Below are positions 26,789 to 38,300 of a stretch of DNA of 64,000 nt, piece after piece. The notes beneath the pieces are model-generated. The model worked only from the letters and a program-made list of their open reading frames with translations, made no database searches and was not told the DNA's origin. Source of the DNA: Phoronis australis (Eukaryota; Animalia; Phoronida). Each line of letters opens with the position of its first letter. The stretch's first letter is position 1. Position numbers and translations under genes: made by a program. The stretch covers positions 528,183 to 592,182 of the forward strand of contig NMRA01000135.1 of NCBI GenBank assembly GCA_002633005.1, in the 5' to 3' direction.

Positions 26789-27015
26789 AAGCACGTACTT
26801 CAAAATTAGCGCGTAAGTAAATAACGACATATCTATCCAACGTTTCGGTTTACGACATATCTATCCAACGTTTCGGTTTACGACATATCTATCCAACGTT
26901 TCGGTTCACTACTCTTAACTATTCTCAAGGAAACAGTTCACAGACTCAAAACAAGCGACACAGGTAGAGCAATAAACCGTTATTTACTTACGCGCTAATT
27001 TTAAAGTTCACGCTT
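26789..27015 (-). mobile_element. Penelope-like element remnant: ~38-bp inverted repeats, 3 x 28-bp tandem repeat, hammerhead-like core
   Basis: Inverted repeat aagcacgtacttcaaaattagcgcgtaagtaaataacg / cgttatttacttacgcgctaattttaaagttcacgctt. Unit acgacatatctatccaacgtttcggttt x3 (26824-26907). Minus strand reads cttgagaa-tagttaagagtagtgaacc-gaaacgttgg. Confidence 0.5.
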
Positions 27016-27267
27016 AATCGGACGAGTGTGAGTAACGTTTTGACCGACTGTGAGGAAAGTCCACACACATCAAATCACGTCTACACAAACAACTTGGAAG
27101 TGTTTTAGCTAAATAATATTCGTGTATCATGTATATTCATTCAGGGTACAACAGAGGTGACGAGAACTAGCTTTTTTGAGTGAATCACCAAAACACGGTT
27201 TTGTAGACAATTTTCACAAAACGCGCCTTAGCACTCCTTTAATATTGTGATTTTCCTTATCTACTTT

Positions 27268-27700
27268 TTATTTATTCATTTATTTATTATTGTGATATTT
27301 AAAATGAGGGTGGCCTCTTCAGTGATAGCACTGCTTTCCAAGAGGGCCCTCAACAAGAAAAACAGTAAATAAATATAATACAATGAAGTAATAAAACAAC
27401 AATGAAATATACGTAACAAAGATACAATTAAAACAGTTAAGGTTGAGAATTAAGACAATAACTAAATGACAAATAATGGTAAAAAATTAACTAAGACAGA
27501 TGAAATAAATTAAGAGATGACTCTAGACAATGAGAGTATTTACGACAATGAAAAAATGACATGATTAAGATAGGCAGGGTATAAAAGGTTAAGTAAATTA
27601 CAGCCACTTTTTAACATTAACTTTAAAGGTAGTAATTGAGTTGGACCGTCTACACGTACGTGTATGTTGTGTAGCAGCTTCAAAGCTCTCTTATTTAAAT
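27268..27700 (-). mobile_element. 3' end of a CR1/L2-type LINE (5'-truncated)
   Basis: Minus frame ends ...SNSITTFKVNVKKWL*, followed by a ~330-bp UTR and an (AATA)n tail; near-identical to 35445-35805 in opposite orientation. Confidence 0.75.
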
Positions 27701-29473
27701 TAAACAAACTTGGTTGAAAACACAATATAGTGCTTTGTGCTTACTTGTTTTGAAACACACACACGCCCTCGCACCGTATACTCGATCCTTCAAATAACAA
27801 GAACACTGGAACTCACCAACCAAGAGACGTTACAAATAAATAGACATACATGTAAAAAGACTGCTATATTTCGAGACTAGTCTTAACTTCATGTGAAATC
27901 ATGTGTAAATATTGACGAAGTACTGACATGGTTAGATGTGGTGGCAAACACTAGTGTAGCTCTATACCTAGGGTCTACTTCTCTAGTCTTTTGGCTAAAA
28001 TGAGCCAACGGATGGCTCGGCCTATTTCACGAAAACAGGCTAAGGCTGAAACAAAAACATCACATTTTTAGCTATTTGTAATCAATTTTTTTGACTATTT
28101 GTAGTCAGATTTCTTTGACTGTTTGTAGTCAGTTTTCTGACTTTCGGTTTACGTCGGAAGACAAAAGCCAATAGTCTCTTCTAGAATCATGCCCTTGGTC
28201 AGTTTAACTAGACTGTTGCAAACGCTGCTATATCACAGGTCCCTGTAACGTCATCCATCTACAATGACAAAATGCTGATGTATATATTTTGGTTAGGTGA
28301 GATCATTCGCAGTTGATAACAAAACGCTGCTGCTTAATTGACCAAGTTATCTCAACTGCAGATTACTGCAAAAACTCAGCTGTATTCCAATATGATTGAT
28401 CTGGCTAGATCAACTATACTGTAGATGACGTATAAACACGCCTTCTGTCAAAGCTTGAACGACTTGTTAGTGTTCACGAAGCCCGGAAACCCGATGTCTA
28501 ACTAATCTGAAATAAGAATCCGTTGAAACAAGTTATATGAATTAGTTTTCAACAGGAGGGGAATTACAGAAGCTTCAAGATCGTCTATAGTAGCTCAGAG
28601 CACATTGCTTTGAATAGGATCGATAATCGAATCCATTGACTTACAGGCGATGGGTTATTTGAAACTGTCATAACAAAGGTTTCAAGGTCCTTCATTTCAA
28701 GAATATTTAGAGGATGCTTTTACAAGCCCTCGGATGACACACGATCGGAAAAGTGAACACACATGCCCCTGACATTCAAACATGATACAGTGGTTGATGA
28801 AGGTTGTGCACCCGACCCACGAGCCACGGGGTTTGCGAATGGGCCGGTGGAGTCACTAACAGATTTTGATTTTCCTTTCAAAAGAGCATTACAAATGCGT
28901 TTTCCACGCGACCCATTGTCTACGCTATTCGACAACGCGCTAGTGATTTGATTTCAGCACCAAACATTTACAAGTCATTTGCGATTAATTTAATTGGCAC
29001 GCGATGTACATGAATATCTTGGTATTTAGTATATTCTGGTCAATCACGAGCCATCACCTCGGACGAGCAGAGCGTATTACTAGAAATCATTCCAGAAAAT
29101 GCAATCTTCTTACAGGAAGAAGGCAGACCTGCTCTCTGATTTAGGGTCGAATGATAAGAAGAAAGATCAGGCGTTTGACGAGCGTGCACATGTCGATTTT
29201 TAGACTGTAAATTAGACTTCTGGTTTGTCTTCTGATCCGGCGGTATCTGCACACCATATCAGTTAGAACCAACAGATATCTTGTGAATGAACCAGTGTGT
29301 TTACTGAGGATGATTGCTCGACTGGAGAAACTTTTCTGCTGTTTGTGCTTTTGTTTATATATTCTGAGACACAGTGGTGTTTCATTGCAATTACTAGCCT
29401 AAGTATGCCAACGTTGTGTTCATGCGCAGTACCAAAGTTAGGCTAGTCAACAGGTTTGAGCAAATTTGAACAA

Positions 29474-30566
29474 AGGAAAATTCCGGAATTTTCGAACTAC
29501 AGTATCTTTTTAGATAACTGGATATCCGCTTCATTACCAAAACCGGAAATCGACGTCATATGAATTCACCGCCGTTTTACACTGTGTATTATTACGCCGT
29601 CTTCGTGATTCCTCAAGTCCCTTCGTCAGTTCCTGTATTTGAAATCAAAGCTAGTGCAAGTTCTTCAAATTCTGAATTGTTATTAAATTTATCATCCAGG
29701 GACAGATTCAATTAACGCATCAGGATCATGCTGGGTAAATGCCTCCCTGGTTCTCTGTGCGTGCCGCTAGGTGGTCAGTAGCCAGCACGCAGGTATCACT
29801 TAATTCTCCTCGGGAAATTTTTTTACACCGGCGTTTCTGCCGAATTCTCAACAGGCAGCGCCTTACGCAAACACACTGGCATCACATCATAGATACTCTA
29901 TAGTATGCTGGCATGACAGATGGACTGAAGTTTAGGAGGTCTGTTGTACAGACAAATCGGTGCTTAAAATTTATCAGGAAATGTGAATCCTAGAAATTGT
30001 GGTTGCGCCTTTTCGGAATGCATCTTTCTACTGTCGATGATTTTTGTTTACGATTCTGTCCTGTATTCATACAATATGAATAACACGCCGTTAAATCGGC
30101 CAGATATGTGTTTATTGTACATGTATGTGGTTCAAGCACGCGGCTAGTAAACATCACTACAGAAACAAAATAGTTGCTGCGACGCCACTTACATGGCAAG
30201 GATAAAAATCATTCACAGTCCGCCATTTTTTCACGGTGTTGTAAAGCTAAGCAATGACTGCTGAGGTTATATCAACCAATGCTAAAGCGCGTGCTACTGC
30301 GTGATACCTGCGTGCTGGCAAGGCACATAGGGGACTTGCGAGGGTAAATGCCAGTACATAGGACTGCGGGCCTGGTCACTGCCGAGTTGTTGCATGCCCG
30401 GCTGAACTAGTAGCGGCGAAATTCCTGTCAAGTTGACTTCCGGTCTCGGGAAATCTTTCCCGGATTTCCGGCAGTTTGATGTTTAAAAAAATGATGTCTA
30501 ATTATCTAAAAAGTAAGTTCTGTTCCTGTTAATTACTTAAACGGTCAAAAATACCGGAATTTTCCT
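29474..30566. mobile_element. Non-autonomous Kolobok-like DNA transposon, ~1.1 kb
   Basis: Terminal inverted repeats aggaaaattccgg ... ccggaattttcct followed by TTAA on the right (left flank acaa). Subterminal matches (ttttagataa, accggaa.tc.ac) and an internal inverted ccagcacgcaggtat / atacctgcgtgctgg. Confidence 0.65.
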
Positions 30567-31869
30567 TTAAGTCTGTGACTTCGGTCTGATTTCAGTACCA
30601 CAATTTTGCACTTTCTGCGCATACACGTGTCATACCATTCCCCACTCTACTATTCAAGAGTTGCACAATGACAACCGTGTTGTCATTATACGTGTGTTGC
30701 ATATAAAATTAATTACAGATTGTCTTAAAATGACAATTATTAGGTCATTACGCAAACATGTTAGGCTGTTATTTACATGAACGTGCTTCGCGCAGAGCAA
30801 TGCGCACAACCGTACAACGGTTAGCTTTCAATAGAAAGTTAATGAGCAAGAAATTTGGGATTCAGCGAAATTTAGAGTTTTGCTTCACATGTATTTTCTT
30901 TTTTCACAAGTATTCGCTTTATTTCGACATTATGTTTCGCACAGATTGGGAATTCAGAATCAACGCATTGTAGAACATTGTTCGCAAATATTACGTCTCC
31001 ACGTTTCTTGTCAAAAATGGTAGCGCGCATTTTGACTGAATACGAGTACTCTTTTGTTCTAACTCAATTATTTAAGCTCACATTTCCTTTTGACGATGAA
31101 AAAACGCGTAGGCTTCAGTTTAGGGACCCGATGCTCTTCTCTTCACTGTTCAGGACGTAAATTCTTAGTTTATTTCCTGTCGTAAAACATGTGGCGACTC
31201 AAAACGTTTTATGAGCAATCTGAGGAAAGAAATACTGTATCATACCAGTATATTTGTAACAAAACTGAGTGCCTCCAACTATAAAACGCAGAAAAAATGA
31301 ACTTTTTACCGACAGACCTACTCTCGTATTAGTAGGTCGAGGGAAACTGCAAATACTTCAAAGGCGGCTTAGTTTCCAGTTATTTCTATTAAATAGCTTA
31401 TTTAAAGTGTAAATATTGCGCCTACAGTGTGCTAAATTGATGTTCTGCTACTTTGACGTTGCTTCAATAACATTAACATGTGATTATTGTTGATGTATTT
31501 CCGAGTGATTTGTTTTCGCGAAATGTGTTGATTTTTGTGAATAGCCATAAATAGCGCGTCTAATTAACACGACAGTGTTCTTTTGTCGAGTGGGAGTACA
31601 CCGTTGAAATAAAGTGGTAATACACGTACTATTGAAATTATTAAATTGAATTCTAGAATGCAAACAGGGACAGCGCTCTTCACCACTGAATGAAGCACAC
31701 TTGAAGAGCTCACGCTATTTGTTACATAACAACGCATTAAGGACAGTCTACGTCTGTGATTTATGGCGAACATTTCTCGTCACCTACAAGTATAAAATGA
31801 GAATTGCACCTAACGGTGTCACAAATTGTTTCCAAATCTAATTTACAAGTACTCAATGTAAAACGGTAA

Positions 31870-31965
31870 ACGTCATGGATCACGTGACGCGAAACTCGCA
31901 ACCAATTGGAGAAGTAAAAAAATCCAGCGAAGGTTCGGCGATTGGCTCTGTATGTTAGTAGGCGT
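31870..31965 (+). promoter_or_regulatory. Putative promoter of the neuropeptide precursor gene
   Basis: TCACGTGACG (E-box/CRE-like), CCAATTGG and ATTGG CCAAT boxes, and Inr-like TTAGT about 380 nt upstream of ATG 32334. Confidence 0.35.
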
Positions 31966-32333
31966 GCGAATGAATTCTCTCACAAGATGTTGAAGATAAA
32001 ATTGAAGGAACTAGTTGAAGAAGTCACAACAGCGTGCTATGTTCATCGTGGCAGCAGTGACCAGAGTTGACGTAGCAGGATACGTCGTTTAACTGAAAGC
32101 AATTATTTCAAGGAAACTAAGTGAAATGCTGAATTGTTTTTCCTGATTTAAACAACCGTTAGTTAGGCTGCGTTTTTTCCATGGAACGAGAATCTGTTTC
32201 GTAGCTACATTTATACAGCTCCGTAACAAGGAAAATACTAATGCTGGAGTGATTAGTTTGTGAAGTTCACCTGAAGAACTGGAAGAATACGTGGTACATG
32301 GGTTGTGTCTACTAAAACGTTAACATTGGAACA

Positions 32334-35300
32334 ATGGGACACACCAGAACAGTGTGGATGACAGCAGCATTCTTGCTTTGTCTACTACTAGGCGCACACT
32401 TCACGCAAGCAGGTAAGGGTCTGGGGGTAACCTAATCCGCCGGTTAACTTTTAAACGCCGTAGGGTAACTCTAGGCACGCCCACTGAACTGAGCGTACAG
32501 ACCATGGAGAAAATGATATGGGGGCGACTAAGTTCGGCTCGAAAACAATTTGGTGGTATCCTGCAAACTTTTATATGATGACATATTTTAAGAATAACCA
32601 CTCAAACAGTATTCTGCTAATTTTATAGGCTATCCACGTGTTCCTGTGACATAAATATTGATTCACAAAAGTGTGCTTATGGTTGTATGTGCACTGTCCT
32701 ATTTTTCGATTTTTTAACGATTTATCTGTAGTGCTATCACATACTTTTGGTTCACTGATAACTTGAATCTAAGGATGCATACATACATGTAATCCAGTGC
32801 ATCCCTGATATTGTTGAAATAGAAGCTAATATGATAGATTAACACAAGCATGTTCTATTTAATATAATATAAGAGGTTAAATTACCTCACCGATCGGAAG
32901 TATTGAGAAGTGTGTATCGACCATTTTAGTACACTAAAGACACGTGCACAGGATGCATACCACACTGTGCTTAACTAATGGCGTGTTCTTTATCAAGAGC
33001 ACAGATATCATATGCGCGAGCGTAAGCACGGGCGCACCCAGGGGGGGGGGTGTGCTCGGGGGGCTCCCCAATTTGGAGAAATAGGCAAAAAGGTCAGCCT
33101 CAGTGAAACAAAAAATCCGAGTGAACGAGACAAGTCCGCAAAGTGCACAAGAATTCGGCGCGGATGCACGATTGGCAGGCCTGAACCTATAGTGGCCCCG
33201 TTTTTTAGTCCTCGTTGATTTTTTCAGTAAAAGGTCTGCATATCGAAGAATTCGAGCCCCCTATATTTTAGGCTGGGTGCGCGCATGATAAGATGACCCT
33301 CACTTGAACCACTGAATCACCCGCATGAACCAAGGAATTCATGCGTGCACCTAGCCTAAAATATAAGGGGGCTCGAATTTTTCGGTGTGCGGACCTTTTA
33401 CGGAAAAAAAAACAAAAAAACGGGGCCACTAGGTTCAGGTCTACGGATTGTGCATCCGCGCCAAATTCCTGTAGGCTTTGTGGACTTTTGTCTCGTTTAC
33501 TCGGACTTTTTGTTTCGACGAGGTGAACCTTTTTGCTCAATTCGCCAAACTGGGGGGCTCGCCCATGAAATCATATATAGCTTACGAACTGCAACATTAC
33601 GCACACGAATAAAAAGCGTGCATACGAACAGCCAAAGTTTAGAGAAGCACTTATCGTCGGTATTCATTTGTTGGGTCGGATCGATGATGCATGTTCGTGC
33701 GAATGTCTGACAGTGTGCGGTTCGTACGCACACTGTTTGTTCGTGTCTATGATGTTGTAGTTTGTATTCAACGATTCGTGCTCGTGACTTCCTAGTACAG
33801 CTTATTACGTACAGCATTAGAGAACAGAACAGACGACGCGTTTTCTTTTCGCCCCTGGCATTTCCCCCTTAGAAAGTCATTTACAGGACGTGCCGCTTAG
33901 GTGGGTTCATTTTTCAAACCCAGATCATCTACAAGAGGATGCATTATCAGATTTAAATTCCCGCAAAAGATTCACTTTGTGGGTTAGGACTTTGCAAAAG
34001 ATTTCATATTTGCTACATAACTCTGCAGAAGAGTTTCATGTTCCGGAGGTTAAAACGAAGTCCAAAGGTTGTATTTTAGATTTCGATTCAATAAATAAGC
34101 GTTTTGTAACTCCTATAAAAGGGTCTCTGGCAACGGGTGACTTTTCACGGTTCACGGATGAACCACTTTTAATCTTATCGATGTAGTTCTGACTCAATAA
34201 AAGTATATTTGTTATAATTTATAATTTTCGCAGCTGTACATCCCCATCAAAATAGCGGGTATTCCCGCGGGCTTTGCAGCATCACTTTTTGTGCCAAATT
34301 TCGGGTCATCGTTCCTACCGATTGTCTTCGGGTTAAAAAAGTTATGCGAATACAATGAGAACGCATCCATGTTAAGCTGTTGAACAACAGTTTGAATTGA
34401 TAACAGACATGTGACTTGCAACCTTCAACTTAAGGCTATAAAAGACCTTATTGGCAATAATTCGTTTTAGACGAATATCTACAAATATGCCTACTTTATC
34501 TCCTGAAAGTAAAGAGCCTGTAGAATTTGATCTGCCGTTAATTAAGTCACGTGACCCTATCTTTTAGTGAAATTTAGTAAAACCAAAGGAACATTAATAG
34601 CAAAACAACGGTATCAATAACACCGTCAAATTTTATTGGATACAAATGTTCAAGATGGGATCTCTTGTTACGATTTTCTAGAATATTTTGTTTTCATTAC
34701 ATGCAGCTTTAGCCGGTGGATTGTTCATGACAGGCATAAAAGTTGTGCTTTGATAGTCTCTTACTTAAAAGTGGAACATTTTATGAACAATTCACAACAA
34801 CGTTTTGGGGAAAAGCATAGTATTCGTGCGAATACGATCAGCCACCACTAAGTTATCATATTTTCGGTGCTAGCCAAATTTGGGCAATTTTCTGGGCTCC
34901 TACAAAATATCAAGAGGGTTGACACACACTTTTCTCCAGTGCTAGGAGGAGTCATCCAGAGATGGCGCTGTGACAGACGGGAAGTTTGGCATTCACAAGC
35001 TATGAATGTCACACTTCCGGTCTGTCACAGCGCCATCTCTGTATATACCCTTTTTATCTTTGTGTACGTGAGATTATTTGTTCCTAAACCCTCGGTTTAC
35101 TGTTAACAACATTAAAGCATTTTCCAAACATTTGTTTGGTCGATATCGTTTATTCTTTCTTCACAAATGAGCGCATTGAAACTTTTATAAAAGTACAAAA
35201 TGTAAGATCTTTTAAAAATCACATCCCTCGTCTGATGTGATGGTGATATCATTGAACATTAAATCTCTAAGGAGACCTACGACTAAAATAAAGCAGGCTG

Positions 35301-38300
35301 ACTTCAGTCGTTAAGGAATATTAACGTAAGTCCATTGCATTTGACATTTTATTTCTCCGCCGATACAACGAAGTCCGTCACGTGTGACGTAACAATTTAT
35401 CTATGCCGCTGCTACAATATGGAATTCTCTTAGCCCAGAAATTAAACGGTCCAATTCAATTAATAATTTCAAACTTAATATTAAAAAGTGGCTGTAATTT
35501 GCCTAACCTTTTTATACCCTACCTCTCTTAATCATGTATTTTTTTCATTGTCGTAAATGCTCTCACTGTTGAGAGTCATCATTTATTTCATCTTTCTTAG
35601 TTAAATTTTCACCATTCATCGTCATTTATTTGTCTTAATTCTCAACCTGTTTTAATTGAATCTTTGTTACGTATATTTAATTGTTGTTTTATTACTTCAT
35701 TGTATTATATTACTGTTTTTGTTGTTGAGGGCCCTCTTGGAAAGCAGTGCTATCACTGAAGAGGCCACCCTCATTTTCAAATATCACAATAAGTAAATAA
35801 ATAAACAACGCGTTATATAAACTGAGCAGGGCGAACACTGACCGTGGTGTAAAATTTAGAGACATAGAATTATCGCAGCCCGGGGTCAAAGATAACGGTG
35901 CGCCGCCCCACCATCTGCAGTTGCAGGTAACAAAAATAAATCTCTGATTCTGTTTGCCTTGACTCAGGCTGGTTTTTTGGTCCAAGGACACGTGACCTGA
36001 AGTTGCAATGACGAAAACAAATATCTATTCCTATAATAGATCATTATAGTTAATTATTTGTCATGATGTCGTGTAATCATAATAATTTTGATTTCCCTCA
36101 GGCGTTTGTGCGCTCACTGAGAGAAACAATGACCACCTGGTGAGGTCTTTTGGGGCGCCCCGTCGTCACGGTGCCCGACACATTTATCTTTAAGTGGACC
36201 CGTGCGAATGATTCTATTGCCCATTGTGGAGGCAAAAATAGTTGACAGTGCATAAGTTGCAACGATTTGTGCAGATATTTACTATTTGTGACGTAAATTT
36301 CTGCACAAATCGTTGAATTCAAATTCGCACAAAGTGCAAAAGATTTCTAAAAATATCGTTTTTATGCACTGAGCTAGAGACAATAGCAGCCCCATCACCG
36401 CTATCATCGACGTCATCTTCATTTATTGTACATAACTGTCGTACTTATTGGTATTTGTTGTTACTGTTATCTTGACTAACAGACACACAGACAAATGGAT
36501 AAAAGCCCACCAGGTAAAGGAGAGATGCAAGCTGACATTTTCATAGAAACATAACCAAGTTTGTTTGCTGTGTTGTTTTACATGAGCGCGTTGATATCGT
36601 ATAAGCAAAAATGATTAGTCTTCATACACGCCGCATGTTGGTCACATCACGTGACCACTAGTTAAGTCTGAAAGGATCTCTGCCCCGACCGAGGTTTGTG
36701 ACTAACATATGGCGTGTATGAAGACTAATAATCCTGGCTAATACAAATTTGTTAGCATCCTGAACAGTGATTTGTGGTGGTTTTGAAATAATCTTAATGC
36801 ACCAGTGTTAAAGACAACGACATTTACATAACTGTTATAAAACGATAGCTCTGATTTATGTAAGCTGTAGTTCTTACTCCACTGATGAGTAAATACAAAT
36901 AATTGTTTCATAACGTTATGATCCTGCTAATCCACAGGCAACAGTGAAATCAGATATGGATTGAGCACTGGAAAAACACCATTACATCAAAATAACAGGC
37001 AAAATCTCGCGTCAAGCAAATTGAAAAGCTCAACGTTGCCACAACAGTGGTCAATAGATCAGTTTATTGGTTTGCTGGCATGGACGCCTACTCTAGTTCT
37101 CCACTCATTTCGAACACTCACCAAATTTCGCACACCCAAGATGTTTGGAAAAATAATATTTTGTTCCTCACTTATTTCGCACGAGGCTACTTGGTGGAAA
37201 TATCTTGCCTCACCTAATATGCACACAGGTAATTTTGTACATATGTTATGTATGAACGAATGAATGAATAAACTTATTTATTATAGCGACATGTGTTAAA
37301 CAAGTTCAAACAATTAACTGCAATATTTGAAAAATAATAATCAGTCCATTGGGCTTATAAGTCAACTATTAAACAAACAAATGGTTGACAAATGGATAGT
37401 CTCATTTTAAAGTGTTCTTCGAAAACCACTATATAGAATACATTGATATACAAATTGGAATTCATCTGTTACAAGTGGCGGATTTAGGGGGGGGCAAGGG
37501 GGTCATGCCCCCTCCCATATTCCATTCGGAAATTCGGAGGTGCGAATGTCTGACGGCAAAATCATGGTTAAAACTCTGCCCTGCCCCCCATTTCAAAATC
37601 CTGGATCCGCTCCTGGCTACAACATTGATATAACATGACGGGCTAAATAATTGTTTAACTGCCAAAGTTCAAGCGCAGTAAGTAGTATGGGACACAGAGA
37701 GAAAGCGACCACGTTTGCTCCATCTGTTGAGACATGTCATGGTATGCGTGCAATGCATTCAATGAAATCTCACAAGAAATCTCACAATGATAGCTTTCGT
37801 TCTTTTGTGAGCCACAACTTCACCCGGAACACGGAGGTCTTTAATGCTCCACCAGTAGTCCTAAATTCTTTCAAAGCACGACATATGGAAAAGAATAGCG
37901 CTAACCATTTTTTATTACAAATTCTACTTTTGACCAATTGGTTACTATGGTATCGGTGAAGTAATGTAATGTGTTCTAGCGCACGTGCGTGGCATGTCGC
38001 GTACAACAGTACCAGTGACCTCTTTCCGGTTAATTGGTTTTATGTTTTTTTACTGTAACGACTGACTCAATAACAATTTATAAAATAAAACAATAGAATG
38101 CAGTACAGGTATGGATCATTTATTCTTGTCGCATACGTCTTCTATAAAAGATTTTGAGAAGTGTCATCAATATTATTGTCACGCACGCCGTGAAATGGGG
38201 TATGACAGTGTGGCCAACCGGTTGTGGTGATACGTCCAATAGGTATGCTCACGGTCGATTTATTACGGAGGCTGTCTATTTGGAATCGAAAACTCGAGTA

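Noticed and set aside
26824-26907. 28-bp direct repeats as a CRISPR array
   Set aside because: No spacers, no cas genes, eukaryotic context.
36881-36950. CTGATGAG...GAAA as a hammerhead ribozyme
   Set aside because: No convincing stem II or flanking helices.
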